Below are positions 38,165 through 48,221 of a stretch of DNA of 64,000 nt, piece by piece. Position 1 is the first letter of the stretch, and each line of letters starts with the position of its first letter. Source of the stretch: Candidatus Latescibacterota bacterium (GTDB lineage Bacteria > Latescibacterota > UBA2968 > UBA8231); the NCBI GenBank assembly GCA_965206595.1, contig OZ242214.1, positions 3,744,001 through 3,808,000 on the forward strand, given 5' to 3'. The notes under the pieces are model-generated. The model was not told where the DNA came from, made no database searches, and saw nothing but the letters and a program-made list of their open reading frames with translations. A program made the translations under genes and the position numbers.

Positions 38165-39712
38165 ATGGCCCTGATCGATATCGGCTCCACCAGGCAGCTC
38201 TTTGTCGACGATTACCTGATCGAAAGCATGACGAACACGCGGCAGATCATGAACCCTGCCGTGAAGGTGCCGCACAATCCCGTCATCCGGGCCGAGCGCC
38301 CCTGGGAAGGGACGCATGTCGCCCTGAAAAACGTCATCTACGACCGGCAGGACCGGATCTTCCGGATGTGGTATACACCGCATCGGTACATTGCCAGGCG
38401 CCAGGGGGATGAGATCGCAATAGCGGACGAGTACGAAGGGCCTCGACACGCCACCTGCCTGGCGACCTCGGAGGATGGGATCCACTGGGAGCGGCCGGAG
38501 CTGGGGCTGGTCGACTTCAACGGGTCGACACGGAACAACCTCCTGCCGCCGAAGAGCTGCATTCCCGAGCTCTTCCCCCCCGAATCGGGACCCGGGTTCT
38601 ATTTCTTCGAAGACCCCCATGAGAAGGACCCAGGCAAACGCTTCAAGGGATTGATCCGGACCTACGCTGCCTGGGCTGCCGATCCCGACAGACGGGAAGC
38701 GGGCTCCGGTGGCACGGACGCGGCAACGGCAGGGCAGAAGTTCCACCTCTACTTCTCGCCCGACGGATTCGAGTGGACTGCCTACGAGGACAACCCCGTC
38801 ATCGACTATTCGCCCAAGCCGGGCCGCTGGGGGCCGACCGATTTCATGGGCTGGGACCCGGTCCGCCAGGTGTACGCCGTCCACATGGAGAACAACCTGC
38901 ACTGGCGCGGTCCTCTCGGAAAAAGGGTGATCGGCCGGGCCGAAAGTCCCGACATGATCCATTGGAGCGAGGCGGAGACGATCCTCGTGCCCGGCAAGCG
39001 CGACACCCCGGACACGGAGTACTACGCGCTGCCGGTCACCGTGTACGAAGGGCTGTACGTGGGAGTGCTATGGAACTTCCGCACGACCAACCTCACCCAC
39101 CACCCCCAGATCGTCTTCAGCAGGAACGGCATCCACTACAACCGGGAATACCGGGAGCCATTCATCGCCCGCGGGCCCCGGGACCACTTCGACGCCAACT
39201 CCGTGTACGCGCGGGCCCCGATCGTCCATGGCGACCGCATCCTCGTCTACTACTACGGCACCAACAGCCGCTCGCCGGAACAGGCGTTCGACCTCGGCGA
39301 GAAGGCGACTACGGCCATCGGACTGGCGACGCTCCCCCTCGACGGGTTCGTTTCGCTGGACGGGGCCAAGGGCCCTCCCGACTACCGGCCGGCTCCTACC
39401 GACATCGAGCCGCACAGCCTGATGGCGACCCGTTCCTTCGGCTTTTCAGGGGAGCGGTTGTACCTGAACCTGCAAGCCCCCCCGCGCTTCAACAGCGCCG
39501 GGCAATGCGAGGTGCGGGTGGAGATCCTGACCGCCAACCACGAACGCATTCCCGGATTCACCGCCGCGGACGCCGATGCGCTGACGACCACCGGCACCGC
39601 CCACGCCGTCAGCTGGAACGGAAATTCGCAGGTCGGCCGGTTTCAGGGTCGGGCGATCCGGCTGCGGTTCTACTTCAGGAACACCAAGCTTTACTCGTTC
39701 CAGTTCCGCTAG
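38165..39712 (+). CDS. Beta-propeller glycoside-hydrolase-like protein, paralog C
   Basis: ATG 38165 after GAGG; MALIDIGSTRQLFVDDYLIE, ERPWEG, ATSEDGIHWERP, AESPDMIHWS, DGFVSL, LRFYFRNTKLYSFQF. Confidence 0.85.
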   Translation: MALIDIGSTRQLFVDDYLIESMTNTRQIMNPAVKVPHNPVIRAERPWEGTHVALKNVIYDRQDRIFRMWYTPHRYIARRQGDEIAIADEYEGPRHATCLATSEDGIHWERPELGLVDFNGSTRNNLLPPKSCIPELFPPESGPGFYFFEDPHEKDPGKRFKGLIRTYAAWAADPDRREAGSGGTDAATAGQKFHLYFSPDGFEWTAYEDNPVIDYSPKPGRWGPTDFMGWDPVRQVYAVHMENNLHWRGPLGKRVIGRAESPDMIHWSEAETILVPGKRDTPDTEYYALPVTVYEGLYVGVLWNFRTTNLTHHPQIVFSRNGIHYNREYREPFIARGPRDHFDANSVYARAPIVHGDRILVYYYGTNSRSPEQAFDLGEKATTAIGLATLPLDGFVSLDGAKGPPDYRPAPTDIEPHSLMATRSFGFSGERLYLNLQAPPRFNSAGQCEVRVEILTANHERIPGFTAADADALTTTGTAHAVSWNGNSQVGRFQGRAIRLRFYFRNTKLYSFQFR

Positions 39713-39788
39713 CGGATTGCCCGGGCATCCTTGCCACGAGCGTGCCGCCCACCACAACGCATGAGAGGATTGGCAGGAGATTGATCGC

Positions 39789-41774
39789 ATGACACAAAAT
39801 CGGATTGACGGATCAGGGGCAACGATGGCTGCGGCGGGTTCGTCCTCGGGGCCGGGCGCGGTTCCAGGGATGGTCGAGGTCACCGCGACCCGGGTATCGC
39901 CGCCCCCCGGGTGGGCGCTCCTCGAACGCCGGTTGATGAAGCTGATGGAGGATGCGGTCGAGCCGATGGTCGACAAGTACGCGGAAAAGGGGGGTGCGTT
40001 CTACTACGCCGACGACGTCGACGACCTCTACGAAAGGGTGTACAACTGGGGCCTGTTCTACGCCATGGGAGCGGACCGGAAGGTGCTCGACCTCGGATTG
40101 CAGCAGTGGCACGCAACCACGCGTTTCTTCGCCGACGACATCGTCAGCCGCGTCCATCCCCGCTTCCACCCCCAGATTCACAACGAGTATTACAACCTGG
40201 CTTCCGCCGGCGCCAACGAGTGGTACCACCAGGGCGAGGGCAACATGGCCTTCTACCATTTCGGCCTGGCCGATCCCACCATTTCGGAAAACCTGCGCCG
40301 CGCCAGGCGGTTCGCGGCGATGTTCATGGACGAGGATCCCGAGGCCCCCAACTACGATCCCCAACACAGGGTCTTCCGCAGCCCCATCCAGACCAGCGTC
40401 GGCCCCATGCGGCACGCGACCGTGGACAACGTGATTACGTGGCTGCAGGGAGGGGAAACCGGATACGAGAAGGGATACCGCCCCTACAAGGTGCGGGCCA
40501 CCCTCGATCCGGTGGTGACCGACCTCGAGGGGAACTGGTTCGAGAATCCCGCGCGCCGCGACGAGATCCTCAGGCTGTTCGACCACATCGTCCTCAATGG
40601 CGACGTCCCCCACAGCCTCGCCGCCACCGGCCTCATCACCAACGCCTTCCTCTACACCGGCGAGGAGAAGTACAGGCAGTGGGTGCTCGACTACACCGAG
40701 GGATGGATGGAGCGCATCGAGCGCAACGGCGGCATCCTCCCCGACAACGTCGGACCGACCGGCAGGATCGGCGAAAACCGCAACGGCCTGTGGTGGGGCG
40801 GGCTCTACGGCTGGAACACCTTCGTCGGCCACTACATCATGTTCAGCTCGCTCACCATCGCCGCCGAGTGCGCCCTCCTGCTCAGCGGCGACTTCGGCTA
40901 TCTCGAGCTGCTGCGCTCGCAGATCCGGCTGCTCGTGGACAACGCCATCTTTCGCGAGGACGGGCAGCTCCTGTTGCCGGCCCGCTACGGTGCGGACGGG
41001 TGGGAGTACGCGAGGGACAACTACGACTATGAGAAAGGCAGGTTCGTGCCCTACCGCATGCAGGAGCTGGCCCATCTCTACCACGCCTCGATGGCCCCGG
41101 AGGACTACGACCTGATCGCGAGGATCCGGGACACCGACAAAATGCGCGACTGGAACCACGTGCCCGTCCTCGGGGAGAAGAGCTACGCCGACACCGAGCT
41201 GGCCCGCTTCCAGTACTACGACGGCAAGAACCCGGACTGGCCCGAGAAGATCCTGAAGGCCGAGTATCAGAATGCCCTGAGCGACTTCGAGTCGATACGG
41301 AACGAAACCCGGGATTCCTTGGCCTTGATCGCCGACAACGCCTCTTCCCCCACGACGGTCTACACCAAGGGGTTGACGCAGGTGACGATGGGGGCGCCGC
41401 AATCGGTGTACACCGGAGGGCTGTTGCGCGCCACCGTCCGCTACTTCGATACGGACCGCACCCGGCCCGGACTGCCGCCCGACGTCGCCGCCCTCGTCGA
41501 CAGACTGGGAGCCGACAGCGCCGGCATTCAGCTCGTCAACCTGAATCCCGGCGAGAGGCGCAACCTGATCGTGCAGGCCGGGGCTTTCGCCGAGCACGAG
41601 TTCCTCGAATTGACCTGCGACGGTAAAACCGTCCCCGTGGAGTCGAAGTATTTTGCCGTGCAACTCCTTCCCGGCGCATCCGTCCGGCTCGACCTCGGCA
41701 TGCGACGCTTCGCCCACCGGCCGACCTATGCCTTCCCCTGGCACGGGGACTCGATCCCGGTGCCTTACCAGTAG
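39789..41774 (+). CDS. Conserved hypothetical protein, possibly helical-barrel (six-hairpin-like) enzyme
   Basis: 661-aa ORF with coding-like composition; DDLYE..YNW, EWYHQGEG, PDNVGPTG.IGE, WWGGLYGW; start may be further downstream. Confidence 0.75.
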   Translation: MTQNRIDGSGATMAAAGSSSGPGAVPGMVEVTATRVSPPPGWALLERRLMKLMEDAVEPMVDKYAEKGGAFYYADDVDDLYERVYNWGLFYAMGADRKVLDLGLQQWHATTRFFADDIVSRVHPRFHPQIHNEYYNLASAGANEWYHQGEGNMAFYHFGLADPTISENLRRARRFAAMFMDEDPEAPNYDPQHRVFRSPIQTSVGPMRHATVDNVITWLQGGETGYEKGYRPYKVRATLDPVVTDLEGNWFENPARRDEILRLFDHIVLNGDVPHSLAATGLITNAFLYTGEEKYRQWVLDYTEGWMERIERNGGILPDNVGPTGRIGENRNGLWWGGLYGWNTFVGHYIMFSSLTIAAECALLLSGDFGYLELLRSQIRLLVDNAIFREDGQLLLPARYGADGWEYARDNYDYEKGRFVPYRMQELAHLYHASMAPEDYDLIARIRDTDKMRDWNHVPVLGEKSYADTELARFQYYDGKNPDWPEKILKAEYQNALSDFESIRNETRDSLALIADNASSPTTVYTKGLTQVTMGAPQSVYTGGLLRATVRYFDTDRTRPGLPPDVAALVDRLGADSAGIQLVNLNPGERRNLIVQAGAFAEHEFLELTCDGKTVPVESKYFAVQLLPGASVRLDLGMRRFAHRPTYAFPWHGDSIPVPYQ

Positions 41775-41785
41775 AAAGGGATACG

Positions 41786-43015
41786 ATGAGCAACCTCGAG
41801 ATTCGCGATGTGCGCGCGATCATCACCCACCCACCCGGGGCGCGCACGCTCACGGTCGTCAAGGTGGAAACCAGCGAACCGGAGCTCTACGGAGTGGGGT
41901 GCGCCTCGTTCTGCACGCGGCCGACGGCCGTCGCCGCGGCGGTGGACGACTATCTGAAGCCCCTTCTGTCCGGCAAGAACCCCGCCGAGATCGAAGACAT
42001 ATGGCAGTCGTGCTACGCCTCGTCCTACTGGCGCAGCGGCCCCATCCTCAACAACGCCATCAGCGGCGTGGATCAGGCCCTGTGGGACATCAAGGGCAAG
42101 GTGGCGGGGATGCCGGTGTACGAGCTGTTCGGCGGCAAATCCAGGGAGGCCGCGGCGGTGTACGTGATCCCCCAGGGACGGGACCGCGCCCAGTACGAGG
42201 AGCACACCCGCGAGCTCCTGGAACGGGGCTTCCGCCACATCAAGATCGGGTGGGGAAGCGGGATGACGGAACGGGACAGGAGCTTCTACGGGCCGACGGT
42301 CATTACCGGCAAGGCCTCAATGGACGACGGGGACATCCTCGAGCCCTCGGCGGTCTGCCGCAATATCGTCGGGACTTTCGAACAGTTCCGCTCCACTTTC
42401 GGGCCGGAACCGGAGATCCTCTTCGACGTCAAGGCCGTGATGCCTCCCATCCAGGGTCTCGCCCTGGCCAAGGACGTCGAGCAGTACAAGCCCTATTTCA
42501 TGGAGGACATCTTCACCCCGGAGGACAACGACTACTTCCGCCTCGTGCGCGAGCAGACGAGCACGCCGATGGCGATGGGGGAGCTCTACAGCAATCCACA
42601 GGAGGTCGTCCCGGTTATCAAGGACCGGCTGATCGACTTCCTGCGGCTGCACGTCTCGGCGATCGGCGGGCTGACGCCGGCGCGCAAGCTGGCGGCCCTG
42701 TGCGAAGCCTTCAACGTCCGCACCGCCTGGCACGGCTCGGCCGACGTCTCCCCCGTCGGGCACGCCGCCAACCTGATGCTGGATCTGAACGTGTGGAATT
42801 TCGGCGTTCAGGAGGCATCCGTTTACCTGAACACCCACCCGACCTTGAAGGAGGTGTTCCCCGGCACGCCGGAACTGCGCGGCGGCTACATGTGGCCGAA
42901 CGAAAAAACCGGGATCGGGGTGGACATCGACGAACAGCTCGCCGCCCGCTTCCCGGCAAAAGACCCTGGTGTGCGCACCAATACAAGGCGCCCCGACGGC
43001 ACCCTGATACGGTAG
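41786..43015 (+). CDS. Enolase-superfamily dehydratase, RspA/ManD (mannonate dehydratase)-like
   Basis: VVKVETSEPELYGVGCASF..RP.AV, IEDIWQ..Y.SSYWR.GP, MGEL, IGGLTPARK, RTAWHG..DVSPVG.AA, NFGVQE, R.PDGT. Confidence 0.88.
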   Translation: MSNLEIRDVRAIITHPPGARTLTVVKVETSEPELYGVGCASFCTRPTAVAAAVDDYLKPLLSGKNPAEIEDIWQSCYASSYWRSGPILNNAISGVDQALWDIKGKVAGMPVYELFGGKSREAAAVYVIPQGRDRAQYEEHTRELLERGFRHIKIGWGSGMTERDRSFYGPTVITGKASMDDGDILEPSAVCRNIVGTFEQFRSTFGPEPEILFDVKAVMPPIQGLALAKDVEQYKPYFMEDIFTPEDNDYFRLVREQTSTPMAMGELYSNPQEVVPVIKDRLIDFLRLHVSAIGGLTPARKLAALCEAFNVRTAWHGSADVSPVGHAANLMLDLNVWNFGVQEASVYLNTHPTLKEVFPGTPELRGGYMWPNEKTGIGVDIDEQLAARFPAKDPGVRTNTRRPDGTLIR

Positions 43016-43084
43016 CTCCCGTTTTCCTCCACGCCCATCTGCCCAGCGAAGGTTGGAGATCCCAAACAGATCAGGAGCAAGAAC

Positions 43085-43900
43085 ATGCAGCCCGGTATCG
43101 ATCAACTCGTCGACGAACTCCAGATCAACGGCTTCGCAGTGTTGGAGGACCTCATACCCGTGGACACGATCGACCGGATCTACGCGCGCTCTAAGCCGAT
43201 GATGGACCGGGTCGAGGCATGGAACTCGACCGCGTTGAAGGGGGAGCGCTCAACGGGCCAGGGACGCGTGACGCAGAAGCAGCGGTTCAAGATCTACCCC
43301 CCGTTCGAGATGCCGTTCTGCGATCCCGTCATCACCGAGAACCCGCTGGTGCTCGAGCTCCTCGAACGCGTTTGGGGAACCGGCGACATCGAGTTCGAGG
43401 ACTATTCCTCGAACTGTCCTGCACCCGGCACCGAGTACCAGAACTGGCACCGCGACGGGATGCTGCTCGCCGCCAACCTCACCCTGCCGGTCTATCCCGC
43501 CCTCAGTCTGAACTTCCCCCTCGTCGACACGAACGAGGAGAACGGCAGCACCGAGCTCATCCCCTGTACGCATCACTGCTCCATTGCCCGGCTGCACCAC
43601 GTCCCCGGCTCGGAAAGGGCCCAGTCATTGAACGAGATCATCGGAAGGGGGCGCTATCCTTCGAAGATGCGCCTGAACCTCGAGCGCGGGAGCGCCTGGA
43701 TCTGCGATCCGCGGGTCATCCATCGCGGCACCCCGAACCGCTCGGATCACACGCGCATCATGCTCGGCATCGGCTACACCCAGTCGTGGTTCGGGGGGCG
43801 GGACCGCGACGCCGTGCCGGAACTGACCCGGGACCAGTTCAATCAGCTGTCAGACCGGGGGAAGCGCCTGCTGCGGAACTGCATCATCGTCGGCGCCTGA
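43085..43900 (+). CDS. PhyH-family dioxygenase (canonical HxD)
   Basis: YQNWHRD, NFPLVDT.EENGSTE.IP.TH, D.R..HRGTPN.S...R. Confidence 0.85.
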   Translation: MQPGIDQLVDELQINGFAVLEDLIPVDTIDRIYARSKPMMDRVEAWNSTALKGERSTGQGRVTQKQRFKIYPPFEMPFCDPVITENPLVLELLERVWGTGDIEFEDYSSNCPAPGTEYQNWHRDGMLLAANLTLPVYPALSLNFPLVDTNEENGSTELIPCTHHCSIARLHHVPGSERAQSLNEIIGRGRYPSKMRLNLERGSAWICDPRVIHRGTPNRSDHTRIMLGIGYTQSWFGGRDRDAVPELTRDQFNQLSDRGKRLLRNCIIVGA

Positions 43901-43941
43901 ACGCTCGGGACGATTTGAGGCTGCATCGGGTTGTGGCTCGT

Positions 43942-44526
43942 CTACTTTCGCATCGCATCCATGTCGACTCCAGCCCTAGCCAAGAGATCTTTCATAGCTT
44001 CGGCCCTAATGATATCACCGTTTCGAACATGGTCGGCGTACCGAGAATGCATATCATTAATGATAAAACGCTTATAGTATGTTCCAGCTGGCTTTGGTAA
44101 AACCAGCTTTGCTATCCGACCACCAAACCAAATCACAGCCACACACCCGAGAGCGGACAGCCATCCAAGGTGCCACCAAATAAGCCCGACAGCTACGCCA
44201 CAGCCAAGGTTTACGACTAGGGAAAATTTCGGTAGCCATGACGGGGTAATGGCTACCTGAAATCCCGTTGATGAACCCGTACCGACCAGCCCGGCGACGT
44301 TGTCAGATAGCAGCCCTTCGACCTCCAACGAGCGCATGGCGTCTAACCTCTCGCTTATCTCTCTGGTCATAGCAAGAGTCGCCGCCGTGAAGTCCGGATC
44401 AAAATCCGTCCATTTCTTTTCCAAGAAAAGCTCTCTGCCCATAGAAAGAGTCGCCCCCTGGAATTGCATTACGTAGGCAAATAGAACCGCCATAATCACA
44501 GCGAGAATCCACAAGATAACATCCAT
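43942..44526 (-). CDS. Hypothetical membrane protein (low-GC island)
   Basis: 194-aa ORF with GGAGG RBS and about three hydrophobic segments. Confidence 0.65.
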   Translation of the reverse strand: MDVILWILAVIMAVLFAYVMQFQGATLSMGRELFLEKKWTDFDPDFTAATLAMTREISERLDAMRSLEVEGLLSDNVAGLVGTGSSTGFQVAITPSWLPKFSLVVNLGCGVAVGLIWWHLGWLSALGCVAVIWFGGRIAKLVLPKPAGTYYKRFIINDMHSRYADHVRNGDIIRAEAMKDLLARAGVDMDAMRK

Positions 44527-44701
44527 TTAATCCCTCCAAAAAGCTTTAGTCATAGGACAAGCTGCCATCCGACCGATGCAAATAAATGGTAGACTTTCTG
44601 AGATTTTGCATTGTTCTTTTCCGTATTCCACATAATGGATGATGGTTAAAGTCCGGTTTTTCCAGGTCGATGTTGAACTTACAATTCCACCCGACGCTCT
44701 C

Positions 44702-45008
44702 TACCTGACCCGTCCATAGAAAGTTGAAATATCAAAGTAATAGCTCGTACCATCTTCGCATCCAATATAGTCCACTGTTTTTCCATCTATGCATAGTGGA
44801 GCGGTGTATGGCTCTTATCATCTCTCGCGTGGACATCGGCACCCTGATCCAGCAGGGATTTGGTCAGCACGGGCAAATTCAGGGCTGCTGTAACGTGAAG
44901 GCCAATCAGGTCATCAATTCCCATCTCTTTAACAAATTGATAACTCTCGTTCGCCAGGATTTCTCTCTCTGCCAGTAGTACCATATGCGCGTCCTCCTCT
45001 GTGTTCAT
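44702..45008 (-). pseudogene. Truncated ankyrin-repeat gene
   Basis: LHVTAA...LLDQGADVHARDDKSHTPLHYA then a stop at 44787; a protein-like tail (DGKTVDYIGCEDGTSYYFDISTFYGR) continues in another frame. Confidence 0.6.
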
Positions 45009-45236
45009 TCTGTTTTCCCTATACCTTTCTGGATCTCAGATTCCCCTGGAGAAACCCCTTTCTTCTCACCGCCCCCCAAAGGGCATGTGCCAGGTGCCCA
45101 TTTCAGTCACGCTTAGTCAGGTGACGGCGTAGCGGTCAGCGTAGAATCCCAATCCTATCGCATCCATAAACGCTGCTGCATATCACGGCCACTTTCATGC
45201 CGAAAGCTGCGCAGTTCCCTATAGTGCCTGCAGCCA

Positions 45237-45611
45237 TCATTTCCCTATTTCGGAAGGCCTTTTCGGACAAAATTGAATATCCGAATACCCCTCATTTCGT
45301 CTGTCCTTGAAGTAGCGCCAAACTGCCTTAGCCACACCGATGTTCAAATGTCCAGGATCTTGGGCAGCGGAGCCCCTTAAACTCAAGGGGATTCCTAGGG
45401 AATCCAGGAGTGTTCGAGGCAATGGAGGGCATTGCCACACGAATTTCCCATTTTTGTACAAGTAGACATCAAACCCCCTATTAGGGGTTTCCCACGAGTG
45501 ATGTACCCACGTCTTCTTGCCATTCGGTGTGGTTCCACCTAGCCATCCGGGCGTCTTGAACGTGATCATCGAGCATTCCTCCGTCTTCTCGGGTAAGGGG
45601 AACAGGGACAC
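45237..45611 (-). CDS. Hypothetical protein (low-GC island)
   Basis: 124-aa ORF, alternative ATG after GGAGG; no recognisable motif. Confidence 0.4.
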   Translation of the reverse strand: MSLFPLPEKTEECSMITFKTPGWLGGTTPNGKKTWVHHSWETPNRGFDVYLYKNGKFVWQCPPLPRTLLDSLGIPLSLRGSAAQDPGHLNIGVAKAVWRYFKDRRNEGYSDIQFCPKRPSEIGK

Positions 45612-45801
45612 GCGCCTTACCCGTTAAGGACCACGGCTCCCCACCATCATTTGAGCCCGACTTGGTAGCCCAGGTCGGGTTCGTATTTCCAAAGATACCA
45701 CTGTCTTCTTAAAAAGCAATCTACCTAGAAAAATGGTATAACTAGCTACGGTTCAGCTAGTTATACTTTGGTTTGAATACGGAATTCCGTATCATTTCAG
45801 G

Positions 45802-46275
45802 ATGGAATTCCTCCCCCGCCACAAGTGCGAAATGATCCTTTCCCCTGATGGTCGAAGTGGGCTCCATGCACTCGATCAGTCGCATTATCAACACGGTAAC
45901 GAAGCTGCTGATCGACGCAGGCGAAGCAGCCGCCAGCTATCACCGTCCGCAACGTCTCTGTCAAACGCGTCTAATGCGATGAGATTCGGACGGTTCTGCT
46001 TCGCGAAGAAGAAAACCCTTAGAGCGAGCGAAAAGACTCCTCAAGGGCGCCGGGGAACGTGTGGACTTGGACGGCCATCGACAGCGACACCAAGCTGATC
46101 CTCGCCTATGAGGTTGGCGACCGTTCAAGGGCCACGGCGCGGGAATTCAATCTGTGGCGACGGATCGCCAACCGGGGTGCAACTGACTACGGGCGGGTAT
46201 AGCGCTTATTTCGATTCCGTGGACATGGTTTTCGGGTTCGAGGTGGATTACGCGCAGCTGGTGAAGCTGTACTAA
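45802..46275 (+). mobile_element. Degenerate IS1-family DDE transposase remnant
   Basis: Fragments across frames: INTVTKLLIDAGEA, VRNV.VKRV*CDEI, NVWTWTAIDSDTKLILAYEVGDRSRATAREF, VQLTTGGYSAY, EVDYAQLVKLY*; several frameshifts and stops. Confidence 0.8.
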
Positions 46276-46459
46276 GAGACGTGGGAATTCGGAGAAACAA
46301 GAGGCGCATTTCCGCGCTACCCTTTAGTCAGTTGACGACGGCGTAGGTCCCCCCTTCAGCTATCTACTGCACGTCTGTGTAGCATACGAGATAACTCCCG
46401 CCTTTCCCGGTTGCCCGCGGTGTCACGCACCCCGGTTTCTCTGCCTGCACCACCAGGAC

Positions 46460-48049
46460 CTACAGCCTGTACGCGAACAGCTTCGCCTGAAACATCCTGA
46501 CGCGGATGGCCGCCATCTCGCCGACCGCGGAGATGTCGGCGTTTCCCCTCCAGGTGACGACCCGGTCCTCCTCGTCCCCGGTCAGAAGGTCGCACTCCCC
46601 GAAGGAGTAGCCCTGCAGCGGATTGGCATCCAGGCACGTCATCGTGGGAACGCGGGGCAGCAGCTCGACGCTGATCCAGCCTCCCGGGGCGCAGCGGTAG
46701 TTCAGGCGCAGCTCCCTCTCCAGCCGGAACACGGTGGGAATGGTGAAGCGTCCTTCCGATTCGGCTTCCACGGCGCACAGACGATGGGGCCGCCAGCGCG
46801 CCCAGCGGTTCTGGTTTGGCGCCAGCTGCGGAAAGATCGCGGCCTGGTGCTCCTCCTTTACGGTGTGAAGAGTGGAGCGTCCCTCGTAGGGCACCGCCCA
46901 GTTGCCGTCGGGGAGCTCCACCAGACCCTGGCGCCAGACGTGTATCTGGCCCTCTTCACCGCTTCTCCGCGGACCAAGGCCGGTTATCGGCCGGCGCTCG
47001 GGCCGGGTCCAGACCAGGCCGTCGCGGCTGAAGGCGATCTGCATGTCCACGTGGTCGGTAACCCCGTGGAACACCGGAAGGAACATGCCGTGAAGCTCCT
47101 GCCGCCCCGGGTACGGGAAGTAGCACGCCCCGTAGAAGGAAATGTCGAGAGGGTCCTGGGCGTCGGGATGGATCAGCAGCTTGGCCGCCGGCCAGTTGCG
47201 GAAGTCCTTGGTCCGCGCCAACCCGACGGCGCGGCGCACCACCTCGGTCTCCGGCATGCTCGTTCCCAGGCTCTGCGGCTCGACCGGGGCGCAGCCCTGC
47301 GGCTGGAGATAGGAGAAATAGGTCTGGTTGTGCTCGTCGTAACAGAGAGCCATGCCCCCGTTCACCGAATACGTGGCGAGGGGTTTTTCGATCTTCGTCC
47401 AGTTGAACCGGTCCGGAGAGATGTGTCCCTCCAGCGCCCCCTTGAGAACCACCTTGCGTCCGCTGTACGCCTCGCCCTCGTAATGTTCGGCGCGCCAGCA
47501 CCGGTCCGCCTCGTCACCGTCGACCTCCTCGCCGGTGTCGCGGTCGAGCCAGAATCCGGCGGCGCTCAGGGCTTTGTAGCGCTCGGCGGGCGGCGCCCCG
47601 GGGTCTTCGAGCATGCTGCCGGGTACCGGGGTCTTGAGGATGTTGTTCCCGGTGGACCCGTCGAACTCCGTCTGGTTCAGGACCGGCCGTTCCCAGCTGT
47701 AGCCGTCGTCGCTCACGGCGTAGCAGCTTCTGTCTCCGACGTTGTAGATCATGTGCAGCCGGCCATCCTCGTGCCAGAAATCGGAGGGGCCCATGTGGTC
47801 CTCCTGCTCCCATTCCTTCTCGCGCCTCAGAAACGGTTCCGACTTGTCCGCTTCCTCCACCCGCAGCTGCACGCCGACCGGACCGTCGAACATCTCGTAG
47901 CGCCCATCGCGGGTGATGCTCCTGTGGCCGGAGAAGATCTCCTGCAGGTCCACCATCGCCATCCAGGTACCGGGATTGAACCGCGGGCGCACCCAGTCTC
48001 CGGGAAAGTAGCTGCCTCGTTCCAGGATCTTCTGCCTCTGCTCGGTCAT
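46460..48049 (-). CDS. Beta-propeller glycoside-hydrolase-like protein, paralog D
   Basis: ATG 48049 after GGAGG; YAVSDDGYSWERP, ERYKA, RTKDFRNW, FSRDGLVWTRP, RVRMFQAKLFAY. Confidence 0.8.
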   Translation of the reverse strand: MTEQRQKILERGSYFPGDWVRPRFNPGTWMAMVDLQEIFSGHRSITRDGRYEMFDGPVGVQLRVEEADKSEPFLRREKEWEQEDHMGPSDFWHEDGRLHMIYNVGDRSCYAVSDDGYSWERPVLNQTEFDGSTGNNILKTPVPGSMLEDPGAPPAERYKALSAAGFWLDRDTGEEVDGDEADRCWRAEHYEGEAYSGRKVVLKGALEGHISPDRFNWTKIEKPLATYSVNGGMALCYDEHNQTYFSYLQPQGCAPVEPQSLGTSMPETEVVRRAVGLARTKDFRNWPAAKLLIHPDAQDPLDISFYGACYFPYPGRQELHGMFLPVFHGVTDHVDMQIAFSRDGLVWTRPERRPITGLGPRRSGEEGQIHVWRQGLVELPDGNWAVPYEGRSTLHTVKEEHQAAIFPQLAPNQNRWARWRPHRLCAVEAESEGRFTIPTVFRLERELRLNYRCAPGGWISVELLPRVPTMTCLDANPLQGYSFGECDLLTGDEEDRVVTWRGNADISAVGEMAAIRVRMFQAKLFAYRL

Positions 48050-48221
48050 TCTCGACCTCCAGGTGTTCGTATCGTGAAAGTGCGTCGATTCACCAGCTTT
48101 GCTCCCCGGGTGGAGAGCTCCGCTTTTCATCCCTCAGGCGGTATTTGGCAGCGACCCACCGCTGGTGCGGTACGGCGCCCCGGCCCGTCGTGGATGTATC
48201 CTCTTTCGACGGTCTTCAAGG

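Noticed and set aside
43942-45611. Integron cassette array in the low-GC island
   Set aside because: No paired RYYYAAC/GTTRRRY attC hairpins found and no integrase
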